Notes: generated by a model from the letters alone, not told the origin. A DNA stretch of 64,000 bases from an uncultured bacterium (GCA_965369865.1 CBDURU010000004.1:1-64000); one strand, 5' to 3'; numbered from the stretch's first letter, positions 36,503 to 46,613 are shown. Made by a program: numbers and translations.

Positions 36503-36778
36503 TCATCCCATCCGGTAATATTTCCTGACCCCCCTTGTGATTTTCCAGGTGCACTTCATGCCTTTCGGGAATGTTACAAGGTCATCTTTGCCCATCGATA
36601 CCGGGCTTCCCCCTTCCGGTGTGACCTCAACTTCTCCCTCGATGAAAAAACAAGTTTCTTTTTCGGAATATTCCCACTCAAATTCACTTACTTCCTTAGA
36701 CCATTGCCCCCAGTTGTAGATGCCCATTTCCTCAAGTCTTTGCTGTTTGGGTTTGTGTTCGACGATGATCTCATCCAT
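36503..36778 (-). CDS. Small cupin (DUF861/Cupin_3-like)
   Basis: W.W.YSEKETCFFIEGEV...DLVTFPKGMKCTW.I..VRKYY; SD GGAGG. Confidence 0.85.
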   Translation of the reverse strand: MDEIIVEHKPKQQRLEEMGIYNWGQWSKEVSEFEWEYSEKETCFFIEGEVEVTPEGGSPVSMGKDDLVTFPKGMKCTWKITRGVRKYYRMG

Positions 36779-36838
36779 AGCAGGTCCTCCCTGATTTTAT
36801 TGGTTTTTTAAAATCGCTATTGAATTATTTCCTATGTA

Positions 36839-38092
36839 TTATTTTATTACCCAATGCCCCCCGATGGCAACCGATTTTACATGGTTAACCGCGTGATGGT
36901 ATGGAATTTCCGCAATGTCATTTGTGTCCCAGATCACGAAATCCGCCGATTTCCCGATCTCGATCGATCCGATTTCCTCGTCCATCCCAATCGCTTTCGC
37001 GGCGTTGATTGTCACCATGCTGAACGCTTCTTCCGGCTGCAATCCATAATAGAGGCAGGCAACATTCAAAATCCACTGAAGATTTTCGGTCCTTGAAGAT
37101 CCAGGATTATTATCTGTCGCGAGGGCGAGAAGGCATCCCGCGTCCACCATTTTCCTGCACGGCGCGAAGGGTTTTTTCAAAAAATAGCTCGTGCCCGGAA
37201 GAAGGCATCCGACAGTTTCCGATCCTGCAAGTTTACCAATTCCCTCATCCGTGATCGCTATAAGGTGATCGACTGAAAAGCTTCCGAGGCCGACACACAT
37301 TTCAGTGCCGCCAAGCGAAACAATTTCATCGCAATGGACCTTGGCGTCCATTCCATGCTTTTTACCAGCCTCCAGAATTCGTTTCCCCTGCTCGACTGAG
37401 AAAACGCCGTCCTCGATAAAGACATCGCAGAAATCAGCAAGGTTACCGGCCGCGATCATCGGGATCATTTCGTTACAGACTAGATCGACATACTTATCCG
37501 GGTCATTCTTAAATTCCCTGGGGATCGCATGTGCTCCGAGAAATGTCGATTTAACGCGCATTGGTTGAGTGTTGGAGAGAGTTTTTATCGCGTTGAGGAT
37601 TTTTAATTCTGTCTTGGTGTCGAGACCGTATCCGGATTTTATTTCGATACTGGTAACTCCAAATGATAACGACCTCGATAGCGATTCCCGTCCGATCTCC
37701 ACAAGCTGGCCCGGGGAAGATTCGCGGGTTACATCAGTCGAATTGAGGATTCCCCCGCCGGACTTGAGAATATCCATATAATCCATTCCCTGGCAGCGCA
37801 TTACAAATTCATTCGCACGCGACCCGGCATTGACCGAATGAGTATGGCTGTCGATGAGTCCCGGAGTGACGATCCTTCCTCCGGCGTTATGCCATGTCGC
37901 CTCCTTGAACTTAACAGCATCGCGAATTTCATCGGGGGTTCCAACCAGTGCGATATTACCGCTGCCGGTCCATGCAATCGCGCCAGGGGAGACTGGCGCG
38001 GTATTTTTAAGTTCTTTCCCTCGACGGGGACCACCCTCGAAAGTATGGAGGGTGCCGATATTGGTGAGGACATGGATTTCATTCGAACTCAT
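36839..38092 (-). CDS. hutI: Imidazolonepropionase
   Basis: PGLIDSHTH, GGGI, EIKSGYGL, TFLGAH, DVFIE and ALATDNNPGS. Confidence 0.92.
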   Translation of the reverse strand: MSSNEIHVLTNIGTLHTFEGGPRRGKELKNTAPVSPGAIAWTGSGNIALVGTPDEIRDAVKFKEATWHNAGGRIVTPGLIDSHTHSVNAGSRANEFVMRCQGMDYMDILKSGGGILNSTDVTRESSPGQLVEIGRESLSRSLSFGVTSIEIKSGYGLDTKTELKILNAIKTLSNTQPMRVKSTFLGAHAIPREFKNDPDKYVDLVCNEMIPMIAAGNLADFCDVFIEDGVFSVEQGKRILEAGKKHGMDAKVHCDEIVSLGGTEMCVGLGSFSVDHLIAITDEGIGKLAGSETVGCLLPGTSYFLKKPFAPCRKMVDAGCLLALATDNNPGSSRTENLQWILNVACLYYGLQPEEAFSMVTINAAKAIGMDEEIGSIEIGKSADFVIWDTNDIAEIPYHHAVNHVKSVAIGGHWVIK

Positions 38093-38221
38093 ACAATCCT
38101 CCGTGAACGGATAAATATACCAGACATTAACCTGTGAATGTACCCGCCAGCTTACCGCATTTGGCTATTAACTGAATTGTCCAATCCGTTCGTGAATGAT
38201 AGAATACGCTTGGTTCCAACT

Positions 38222-39007
38222 ATGAAACTTTCCGTAATCATACCTGTTTACAATGAAGAATCCACTGTAGGTGAACTCCTGGAAAAAGTATTGGCTGTCG
38301 ATATCCCGAAGGAAGTAATAGTGGTCGATGACGGCAGCCGCGATTCGTCGATTGATATTGTAAGGGACAAGGCGGCACACACCGACCAGGTGATAAAAGT
38401 CCGGTCACACGAGGTTAATGTCGGGAAAGGGGCCGCCATCCGCATGGGAATACTTCATGCGACCGGCGATGTTGTACTTATCCAGGACGCGGACCTCGAA
38501 CTCGACCCGAAGGAATACCACATGCTGATAGCTCCGTTTAAGTCGGGTGTCGCGGATGTGGTCTACGGATCGAGATTCCGTAACAGGGGATATTTCTGGC
38601 ATTACAGGCAGGTTCCGTTTTTTTCAAGATTAGTAAATTTTCTACTCGCATTAACGGTCAATTTGTTCTGGTGGAAGGCGAAAATCACCGATGAAGCTAC
38701 CGCGTACAAGGTTTTCAGGACCGACCTTCTCAAATCATTACCTCTGAAATGCAACGGGTTTGAATTCTGTCCCGAGGTCACCGCGCTGATTCTCAACCGG
38801 GGTATTAATATCAGGGAAGTTCCAATCACCTATCATCCAAGGACGGTCGAGGAAGGGAAGAAGGTCACATGGAAGGACGGCGTAAAAGCTTTCTGGACCC
38901 TGTTCAAGTACAGATTCCTCGAACGGGAAGATGTACGGGCACCTGATAAAATTCAAAAACCCGAAAGCGAGTCGGAAGATAACTCAGATGAAATTCATTT
39001 TGAGTAG
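38222..39007 (+). CDS. GT2 family glycosyltransferase (polyprenol-phosphate glycosyltransferase-like)
   Basis: MKLSVIIPVYNE, VDDGSRD, QDADLE and EGKKVTWKDG; start taken at the ATG at 38222. Confidence 0.9.
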   Translation: MKLSVIIPVYNEESTVGELLEKVLAVDIPKEVIVVDDGSRDSSIDIVRDKAAHTDQVIKVRSHEVNVGKGAAIRMGILHATGDVVLIQDADLELDPKEYHMLIAPFKSGVADVVYGSRFRNRGYFWHYRQVPFFSRLVNFLLALTVNLFWWKAKITDEATAYKVFRTDLLKSLPLKCNGFEFCPEVTALILNRGINIREVPITYHPRTVEEGKKVTWKDGVKAFWTLFKYRFLEREDVRAPDKIQKPESESEDNSDEIHFE

Positions 39008-39120
39008 GAGAGGGGGTATGTCAAAGTTAACTTATTAGAATTTATATTTTAAATAGTTTTGTTTTTAGTTATACTTATACCAGATAATCAAAAAATTTCT
39101 TCTGTACAGTAGGAATTGGC

Positions 39121-39783
39121 ATGGATAATTTTAATGGAAATCACGACAGTCCTTCCCCAACCGAAAAACCTACAGTAGAAAAACAAAGCCCACCACCAGA
39201 TTTTATAGAATTTTACAGGAATATTCCGAATGAAAATCTTAAGAAAATATTCTTGGGGGCAATCCTAGTCCTGTATTCAAAGAACGATGATAAAATTGCT
39301 TTGGCTTCACATGGTTTTAGGGAGTTCATGGACCATTTCCCTGGAGAAATGGGAAAAATTCCTTATCAATCAATAACTGACACAATTGAAGAAATTAAGA
39401 AACCAGTAAAATCATGGAAGAAATTAGGAGGAGAAACAACTAAAGAAAAAGTACTAGAATCAATGGTAGATTATTTAAATTTTTTAAATATATGGAAGGC
39501 TTTTTATAAATGGTTTGAAGGTGGATATATTGCTCAAACTGATCGATGGATCCAAGCAAGTATTAATATTGATCCATCATTGGAAGAAGTTCCGGATGAT
39601 TACCACGACAGCCAAATCAAACAAATCGTAAAATTAAAAAAATTTTTTATAGATGCGCTCCATCATAAGAAGGACCCAAGTTTTGATGAAATGATCAAAT
39701 ATATCCGATGGTTAACACGACTCTACAAACTTTTACTACAAGCAAAAAAAAATAATCTAGATAAAGAAGAAGGTGCAATATAA
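39121..39783 (+). CDS. Hypothetical helical protein, possibly HEPN-like; gene 1 of an AT-rich cassette
   Basis: 220 aa; FLGAILVL..N.D..ALASHGFRE and FFIDALHH motifs; its TAA overlaps the next ATG (TAATG at 39781-39785). Confidence 0.65.
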   Translation: MDNFNGNHDSPSPTEKPTVEKQSPPPDFIEFYRNIPNENLKKIFLGAILVLYSKNDDKIALASHGFREFMDHFPGEMGKIPYQSITDTIEEIKKPVKSWKKLGGETTKEKVLESMVDYLNFLNIWKAFYKWFEGGYIAQTDRWIQASINIDPSLEEVPDDYHDSQIKQIVKLKKFFIDALHHKKDPSFDEMIKYIRWLTRLYKLLLQAKKNNLDKEEGAI

Positions 39784-42566
39784 TGCCTTCAAGCAAGGAT
39801 ATTTTTAAGCAAATATCTCAGCTCAATACAGACGCTGAGAAAGCATTTTTTGTGAATCAAATTTCAACGCCCGAATATTTACCTGTGCTGAGGGATCTAG
39901 GATTTTTTTCCACTCCACCCTTACCTATTAAAGATGATAAAGGCGTTAAATTTGAATTATGGTATGCATCTCGCTATCTCTTAAGAATTGCTGATAAAGC
40001 GCCTGCAGAGGTTATGGCGGTAGCGAAGGAAATTCCAGAAACTGAAAATTTTCGAGTACACGAGGATATTCTCGATATTTTAATCAAGATTCCAATCACA
40101 TTTGCCCTTGAATTTCTAACAATAGACAAAGCAAAATATTTCCTTGAGAATCCATACAATTATCAAGCTCCTGATAAGATATCTGAAATTATCAGGGGGG
40201 CCGCCCTTGCAAATCACCCTGATGAAGCTCTCAATCTTGCTGAGTTAGTATTTGTAATTACCTGGCAATCTAAATTTTCAGAATTTGACGGTGAGGAGGT
40301 TGATATTGGGAATTTATTTCCTAAATTCTTTAGATCTGGAGGAAGTTATGATTTTGAAAAACAAATTCGTGCATGCAGGATTCCCCTTATTGATTGTGCC
40401 GGATTTAAAGCTGTCAGGTTCTTTCTGGATTTACTCAGCAAAGCAATCTCTATTTCAAAAAACAAAGGCAAAACAGAATACTCGTGGGTATGGCTTCCAG
40501 CAATTGAGGAGCACGAGCAGAACGCAAGTTCAGGACTCGAAGCTGTTCTTGCAGCAAATGCAAGAGATACACTTGAGTATGTTTTCGAAATAAACCCAGT
40601 TTGGTTAGATAAAGCCCGTGAATTGCTGAGCAGATATAAGCACATTATTTTTAAGAGATTGGATTTACACATTCTAAGGCTTTTCGCTGAACAGAATAAA
40701 GCGGATGTAGTTAATCGACTTCTGGATAAGGAATTATTTAAAAATCCAGCTTGTTATCACGAGTACACACTTCTATTACATGAGCAGTATTCTAATCTCA
40801 AACCTGTGAACCAAAACAAGTTTCTCAATTTCATTGCTGAAATTGAAGGGGATTATATAGAATCTACTCAGTTTAAATGGTTGGATTTAATTAAGAATCA
40901 CCTGAAAAATAATTGGTTAAAAAAATATAAAACGTTGCAGCAAAAATATGGAGACCCTCCTTTCCCGACTTTTCTAAGTTATACAGAATCCGGACCTTGG
41001 TCAGGTCCAACTAGTCCTCTTGAAGATTTGTCCTCAATGACAGTAAAAGAAATTACTGATTTCCTTCAAACATGGAAACCTAGTGGTGAGAGGACATGGC
41101 CTCCTGAGCCATCTGCAGTAGGGTTGGGAAGGCAGCTAAAGAATGAAATTGTAGAACAACCCGTAAAATTTGCTAAAAATGCTGCAATGTTTATAGGTGT
41201 GAACCCAAAATTCCTTATACATGTCTTTTTTGGATTTCAGAATGCTGTCAAGGGCCAGGAAAAATTTGAGTGGGATAGCATCCTGGAGCTTTGCCTGACG
41301 ATAGCGAAGGGAGATTCTGGTAATTTACTTTCGGATGCAAGCACCTTATCTGAAGCCCGAAAACATGCGGCTGGCCTTTTAAAAGAAGGATTCAACAAAG
41401 GTGTGAATGAGATCCCATATAAATACAAAAAAATATCCTGGGATATCCTTGTACACCTAGCAAAAGATCCTGATCCATCACCATCTGATGAGCAAGGCTC
41501 TGGAATGGGTCCATCTCTGCAAGCCATTAACTCAGCTCGCGGCACAGCGATTGAAGCAGTAATCCTTTATGGTATTTGGCACTGGCGCAATCTCCAGGAA
41601 GTGGATAAATGGCGAGGTGTTGAATCAATACCTGAAGTTAGAGAATTACTTGAATCTCATCTCGATCCCAAAATTGACCCCTCACCCGCAATTCGCTCTG
41701 TATATGGTATATATTTCCCCTGGTTCGAAGGAATGGACAATGCCTGGGCTAAGAAAGTTGTAGATATAATATTTCCATTGGATAAAGATCAGGTACTTTT
41801 CAATGCTGCATGGGAAACATATATTTCATACAACCATGTTTATAATAATGCAGCAATGATTTTAACAACTCGGTATGAAAAGGCAATTAGGAACCTTGAA
41901 GTATTTGATAAAGATAATGTCACAATAGGTGACCCTGAAGCAAGGCTCGCAGAACACATGATAGTCATGTACGAACGAGACTTGATAGGCGAACCAGACG
42001 GAGACAGCCTATTCAAATTGTTTTGGGATTATGCACCTCTCTCTGTAAGAAAGCACGCTATTTCCTCAACAGGGATTTCTCTAAGCAATACAGAAGGTGA
42101 AGTTCCAGAACAAATAAGAGAAAAATTAATCAATCTAATCAAATTCAGGATTGGAGTATTAAAGGATAAACCACTCAATGACCGGTTTGAATTAACAGGT
42201 TTTCAGGAATGGTTTAACAGTGAGAAATTCGATATGAGTTGGGCGATTGCCAGTTTGTTAAAAATTCTAGAACTTACTGAAGGTCAACTTGAGCATGGAT
42301 GGGTAACTGTAAAAAAATTGGTTGAAATCGCAGACCAATATCCTGAGCAAGTAATTAAATGTCTTTCATTAATCCTCCTCAATGATACAAGTGGATGGGT
42401 AGTTATGGGTTCTGGAAGGGAAGTAGTCCCAGCATTATTAGAGATAAAAAATAAATCTTCGGAAATAAAGCAGCTTGTAGAAGAACTTGGTGAAAGTCTG
42501 TTTCAGCAAAAGAGATTTGAGTATGCAGATCTTATGGATAAGAGTAAACTAATAATCCCTGACTAA
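39783..42566 (+). CDS. Large hypothetical alpha-solenoid-like protein; gene 2 of an AT-rich cassette
   Basis: 927 aa; Trp-rich and helical; no signal peptide, TM helix or P-loop seen; motifs GFFSTPP, WYASRYL, AINSARG and DPSPAIRSVYG. Confidence 0.75.
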   Translation: MPSSKDIFKQISQLNTDAEKAFFVNQISTPEYLPVLRDLGFFSTPPLPIKDDKGVKFELWYASRYLLRIADKAPAEVMAVAKEIPETENFRVHEDILDILIKIPITFALEFLTIDKAKYFLENPYNYQAPDKISEIIRGAALANHPDEALNLAELVFVITWQSKFSEFDGEEVDIGNLFPKFFRSGGSYDFEKQIRACRIPLIDCAGFKAVRFFLDLLSKAISISKNKGKTEYSWVWLPAIEEHEQNASSGLEAVLAANARDTLEYVFEINPVWLDKARELLSRYKHIIFKRLDLHILRLFAEQNKADVVNRLLDKELFKNPACYHEYTLLLHEQYSNLKPVNQNKFLNFIAEIEGDYIESTQFKWLDLIKNHLKNNWLKKYKTLQQKYGDPPFPTFLSYTESGPWSGPTSPLEDLSSMTVKEITDFLQTWKPSGERTWPPEPSAVGLGRQLKNEIVEQPVKFAKNAAMFIGVNPKFLIHVFFGFQNAVKGQEKFEWDSILELCLTIAKGDSGNLLSDASTLSEARKHAAGLLKEGFNKGVNEIPYKYKKISWDILVHLAKDPDPSPSDEQGSGMGPSLQAINSARGTAIEAVILYGIWHWRNLQEVDKWRGVESIPEVRELLESHLDPKIDPSPAIRSVYGIYFPWFEGMDNAWAKKVVDIIFPLDKDQVLFNAAWETYISYNHVYNNAAMILTTRYEKAIRNLEVFDKDNVTIGDPEARLAEHMIVMYERDLIGEPDGDSLFKLFWDYAPLSVRKHAISSTGISLSNTEGEVPEQIREKLINLIKFRIGVLKDKPLNDRFELTGFQEWFNSEKFDMSWAIASLLKILELTEGQLEHGWVTVKKLVEIADQYPEQVIKCLSLILLNDTSGWVVMGSGREVVPALLEIKNKSSEIKQLVEELGESLFQQKRFEYADLMDKSKLIIPD

Positions 42567-42600
42567 ACTGACTGAAATAAGGAAGAATTCCTATACCTTT

Positions 42601-43320
42601 CTAACTCAACTCAAACACCAGTGTTATTGACATCGACAAAGTTTCTCGTTCTGTCTCAGGGGGGATTGGATCGAATGGAGCCGCGTTACGGACCGCATTG
42701 ATCGCCGCACTGTCAAGACGATCGAATCCAGACGATGCCGATATCGAAACCGAGGATAATTCCCCGTTGGACGCGACCATAAAATTTATAGTCGCTGTGC
42801 CTGTTTCGCCCAAACGCCGGCTGACCTGAGGGAATTCCTTAGCCGCCTGAATTTTGCTCTTAACCGAAGCGGCATAATCGGCAAGCAATGTATCAATATC
42901 GATTTCAGGTTCCGGTTCAGGAGGTGTTATAGGAATTTCGTCCGAAGAACCATCAATTTCTTCGACGGACACCTGTTCATTTTCCAAATCACCGTTTTGC
43001 ACATCATTTTCTGAAGATTCATCACCGACAGCTTCAGCTTCTATCTCTGTTGCTACCACTTCGGTAACTTCTGTAACTTGATTAACCGGTTCGGGTTCAG
43101 GCTGCGATTGCTCTCGTACCGGCTCTCTTACTGGTTCAGGAGGGATTTCCGGCTCTGGCACTATTGCCGAAGGTTCTGGCTCATTGAGAGTTATCAGAAT
43201 TTCGGTAGTGACCGGTATATTCAGCGTGTCCGGGAGTTTCACCGAAAACAAGAGAATTATGTGCACAAGGATCGAAACAACCAGCAGAACCCATCGCCAA
43301 TTTTTAAACAGTCCAGTCAT
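42601..43320 (-). CDS. tonB: TonB family energy transducer
   Basis: N-terminal TM helix with S..VH; Pro/Glu-rich linker; TonB_C domain (FP..SRRLGETG...SSGF..LD.AA..AV..AAPF). Confidence 0.88.
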   Translation of the reverse strand: MTGLFKNWRWVLLVVSILVHIILLFSVKLPDTLNIPVTTEILITLNEPEPSAIVPEPEIPPEPVREPVREQSQPEPEPVNQVTEVTEVVATEIEAEAVGDESSENDVQNGDLENEQVSVEEIDGSSDEIPITPPEPEPEIDIDTLLADYAASVKSKIQAAKEFPQVSRRLGETGTATINFMVASNGELSSVSISASSGFDRLDSAAINAVRNAAPFDPIPPETERETLSMSITLVFELS

Positions 43321-43328
43321 GTCGCTGT

Positions 43329-43745
43329 TTATTCTTCCTGTGGGTAAATAGTAGCTTCCATCGCTATCCCTGTAATACCAGTCACACGGACAGCGTCCAT
43401 GGCGCGGATGATTTTTTCATATGACGTCGATCGATCCGCTGATATCCTCACAAGATCTATTTCATTTTTTCTTTCAGAGATTCGTGAACTCAGATCGGCC
43501 CATTCGATACGTTCGAGGTCGAGATAAAGGTTCCCCGATTCGGTGATCCTGATAGTCATACTGCGCGCGTCGGTGGAAGTCGCTGTGCTGCTTCCCGGAA
43601 GTGTCAGCTCGAGTGCCGGATTCTGAAAACTCGTCACGAGCATGAAAAAAATCAGGAGGAGAAAAACCACATCGATTAGCGGCGCGATCGGCACTACCGG
43701 TGGACTATAGCCCCTTCTCCTAGAATTTCCCCGACCGGACATCAC
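43329..43745 (-). CDS. exbD: ExbD/TolR family protein
   Basis: APLIDVVFLLLIFFML TM motif with the conserved Asp. Confidence 0.9.
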   Translation of the reverse strand: MMSGRGNSRRRGYSPPVVPIAPLIDVVFLLLIFFMLVTSFQNPALELTLPGSSTATSTDARSMTIRITESGNLYLDLERIEWADLSSRISERKNEIDLVRISADRSTSYEKIIRAMDAVRVTGITGIAMEATIYPQEE

Positions 43746-44332
43746 GAACCCGCACCCCCCGGCCGCGATTGCTTCAGGATTCTCGTAAGTGCGCCGTGTA
43801 AATATATTTCCAGGCTTTTAATCCGGCTGTTGAAATAAAGCGCCCCGACAAGTGCCGGGATCGCGACTGTCATCCCGACCGCGGTGGTGATCAGTGCTTC
43901 CCAGATTCCGCCCGCGAGGATGGCTGGATTTACCTGCCCTGCCAGGTCCTGTATACGCTGGAAAGCCTCGATCATGCCGGTGACGGTTCCAAGGAGTCCG
44001 AGGAGCGGCGCGACCTGCGAGATTATTCCGAGCCCGTTTACATAGCGTTCCGATTCGCCCAGGTCTTTTTCGATCGCGATTTCCAGAAGGTCTTTGTCGA
44101 GATTATTTTTTTTAAGGGAATCCGTGAGAGCTTTTGCGAAATGTCCCACGGGTTCGGATTTTACACCGTTCAGGATATTTTCAACCGACGCCTTGATCCG
44201 GGGAATGGTAATCCAGAAATGGATCATGCGATCGAGGAGGAAATAGAGGCCGAGAACCGATAAGAGTAATATCGGCCAGATGAATATTCCTCCCTTGAGG
44301 AGCCAGAGTACCTGTATGTCTGATCCGGACAT
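43742..44332 (-). CDS. exbB: ExbB/TolQ/MotA family proton channel protein
   Basis: APLLGLLGTVTGMI and GGIWEALITTAVG..VAIP. Confidence 0.9.
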   Translation of the reverse strand: MSGSDIQVLWLLKGGIFIWPILLLSVLGLYFLLDRMIHFWITIPRIKASVENILNGVKSEPVGHFAKALTDSLKKNNLDKDLLEIAIEKDLGESERYVNGLGIISQVAPLLGLLGTVTGMIEAFQRIQDLAGQVNPAILAGGIWEALITTAVGMTVAIPALVGALYFNSRIKSLEIYLHGALTRILKQSRPGGAGS

Positions 44333-44406
44333 GTCAGTGGGTCTTAATCTTCAGTTGAATACTTGTGAGTATAATGAAATGGGACGAATGCGCAATCGCA
44401 GGCGGG

Positions 44407-44528
44407 TTTTTTAAAGCGGACAAATGAAACATGCAGAATGCATGTTTGACTGGGGAGTCATGCGCAGGATGCGCATGTTACATTTTTTAAAGCGGACAAG
44501 TGAACACATGCAGAATGCGCATGTTACA
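44407..44528. repeat. Direct repeat carrying REP-like palindromes, GTAAC family
   Basis: TTTTTTAAAGCGGACAA.TGAA..CATGCAGAATGC..ATGTT at about 44407-44446 and 44483-44525; minus-strand TGTAACATGCGCATCCTGCGCATG at 44459-44482. Confidence 0.8.
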
Positions 44529-44530
44529 TA

Positions 44531-45832
44531 TTAAAACCTGGGTTTTTTTGTAATTAAAATTACTATTGCGGCGATAATACTTGCCGCACCCGCGATCATG
44601 AACGGGGTCATCCAGGCACCGTAACCCGCGCCGCCCGATGCCAGGTCTCTGAAATATCCGGCGATCTGCGGACCTACAAGTCCACCCACACCGTACGCGG
44701 TAAACATCCAGCCATAGTTGACACCTACACTCTTATTTCCAAAATAATCCGCGGTCGCTGCAGGATAAAGTGCGAAATTACCCCCAAAGTTGAATCCTAT
44801 AATAGCAGCCATAACGAAAAGTCCGATTGCGGTGTTGCCAACATAGAAAAACGCAAGCATCGCGATCCCCTGTATCAGGCACATCAGGAAAATTGCCATT
44901 TTCCGTCCGATTTTATCCGAGATCATTCCCCAGGCGATTCGTCCAATTCCGTTGGCAAGCGAGTAAAAAACTGCCATAGCTGTACCTGCTGTCGCGGCAG
45001 CCTGTTCGGCAGTCATCCCTGTGGTCTGCAGCGAGTCGATCCCAAATAACTTGATAACACCGATCACCATCAGGCCTGCCATGGCTCCGGCGATAAAGCA
45101 GAACCAGATCATGTAGAACTGGGGGGTTTTAAGCATCTGGAACTGGTTAAATTCCACCGAACCGGTCGCCGACCCACCCGGTTCACCCGATGGTTCCGCT
45201 GGTTCCCAACCCTCAGGCTTGTATCCATCGGGTGGGTTCACCATCCAGATTGACCCAATGAGAACGGCAACCATGTAAATAATCCCAAAAATTAACCATG
45301 TTTGCGAAAGACCCAGGTTATCAATCAAATGACCCCATGATCCAGCCAGCTTGACCCATATAAGCGCACCGAAACCAAATCCTGCGACCGCGAGTCCCGT
45401 TATCATGCCTTTCTTATCCGGGAACCATTTCACGCCTACTGCGATAGGGCATACATAGGCAAGGCCGATTCCCGCACCGCCAACCAGACCCAGAAGCACT
45501 ACCTGCATGGCAAGTGATTTCCCAATGAGGCCGGCAAGGATGTATCCAATTCCAAGTACAATTCCCCCGGTTATTGAAACAATTTTCGGGCCTGCTTTTT
45601 TCTGCCAGTTCCCGGCTAAAACCATCACCACCGCGAAAGTCGCAAGGCCTATCGAAAAAGGCAGTTGGGATTGGGCTTTGGTAAAACCGTAGAGTCCTCC
45701 CTCTGCAAGAGGTTTTGTCAGCTCTGCAGTGTATGCCGACCATGCATAGATCGCTCCAAGGCACAATTGTATCAGGATCGCTCCGAGTACAACCAACCAT
45801 CTGTTCATTCCGGGTCCGGATTTCATCATCAA
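44531..45832 (-). CDS. MFS transporter, oxalate/formate antiporter (OFA) family
   Basis: LGAIYAWS, KWFPDKKG..TGLAVAGFGFG, NGIGRIAWG.ISDKIGR and NYG..FTAYG. Confidence 0.9.
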   Translation of the reverse strand: MMMKSGPGMNRWLVVLGAILIQLCLGAIYAWSAYTAELTKPLAEGGLYGFTKAQSQLPFSIGLATFAVVMVLAGNWQKKAGPKIVSITGGIVLGIGYILAGLIGKSLAMQVVLLGLVGGAGIGLAYVCPIAVGVKWFPDKKGMITGLAVAGFGFGALIWVKLAGSWGHLIDNLGLSQTWLIFGIIYMVAVLIGSIWMVNPPDGYKPEGWEPAEPSGEPGGSATGSVEFNQFQMLKTPQFYMIWFCFIAGAMAGLMVIGVIKLFGIDSLQTTGMTAEQAAATAGTAMAVFYSLANGIGRIAWGMISDKIGRKMAIFLMCLIQGIAMLAFFYVGNTAIGLFVMAAIIGFNFGGNFALYPAATADYFGNKSVGVNYGWMFTAYGVGGLVGPQIAGYFRDLASGGAGYGAWMTPFMIAGAASIIAAIVILITKKPRF

Positions 45833-46007
45833 ATCGTCCTCACTGGTAATAATTTGTCCATTCCCCCATTATTTTCAATGCTTGTGAAAATTCTAACAAG
45901 CCAAGTATAGCAAAATCCCCGCTTTTTTCAAAGCCCATTCGGCTGGATATGAAATATGGCATTTTTTCTATATATTTTCAGCCTGGTTGATGGGTCCTGC
46001 CAACCCA

Positions 46008-46304
46008 TCAGGTATCATCTAAAATTTCCGCGACAGATTTTACCTTGCCTTTAAGCATGCCTTCCGCCCCTGCCTTGTCATCAATCCAGATTTTAATGCT
46101 CACCCTCCCGGAATCCTTCCGCATCTCCAGACGGCACCGGTTAATTACATCCATAACCTCATCCCAGTCGCCTTCAATTAATGTGGACATCGCTGTTAAC
46201 TCAAAGGGCAGTCCCGATTTCTTAATAATTTTCAGGGATTTCGCCACAATATGAGAAAAGTGGGGTCCTTTGTCGAGTGGGATCATTGCGAAAGAAACGA
46301 GCAT
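46008..46304 (-). CDS. MTH1187/YqgV (DUF77) family thiamine-binding protein
   Basis: MLVSFAMIPL...SGLPFELTAMSTLIEGDWDEVM...RV...IKI.ID; SD GGAGG supports the start at 46304. Confidence 0.85.
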   Translation of the reverse strand: MLVSFAMIPLDKGPHFSHIVAKSLKIIKKSGLPFELTAMSTLIEGDWDEVMDVINRCRLEMRKDSGRVSIKIWIDDKAGAEGMLKGKVKSVAEILDDT

Positions 46305-46410
46305 TTGTACGGTCCTCCGAAATCCAGAATTCAAAATAAATCGCAATTGAGTATACCTTATCCGTGGCATCTGATGTTAAAAGGGCTCGTTAAGGCAGAA
46401 GGAAGGACGT

Positions 46411-46455
46411 AGATTCCGGGACACCTCAAATCGCACACATTTGATGGTGTCCCGG
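46411..46455. repeat. Palindrome of the GGGAC...GTCCC family
   Basis: AGATT-CCGGGACACC-TCAAAT-cgcacac-ATTTGA-T-GGTGTCCCGG. Confidence 0.75.
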
Positions 46456-46564
46456 TTTCGATCTCCAATCCGTTTAAAGCCCTAGACTGACTGGATATGT
46501 CCATCAGTCGGGAGAACCTGAATCTGAATTTGAAAAGTCCATCCTGTATATACTTAATGCAAAG

Positions 46565-46597
46565 CCCCCGGTTCCCACAACCGGGGGTGATTTTTTT
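46565..46597 (+). terminator. Intrinsic-terminator-like hairpin with no annotated plus-strand gene upstream
   Basis: CCCCCGGTT-cccac-AACCGGGGG followed by TGATTTTTTT. Confidence 0.5.
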
Positions 46598-46613
46598 CTT
46601 CCCATAATGAGTA

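Noticed and set aside
39008..42604. Integron attC, dif or target-site-duplication boundaries around the two-gene cassette
   Set aside because: Only weak partial matches (GTATGTCAAAG, an AAGTTAACTT palindrome); no convincing paired ends and no integrase in the window
46385..46412. SRP RNA domain IV-like GAAGGAAG
   Set aside because: The flanking CAGG...GCAG internal loop and long helix are not present
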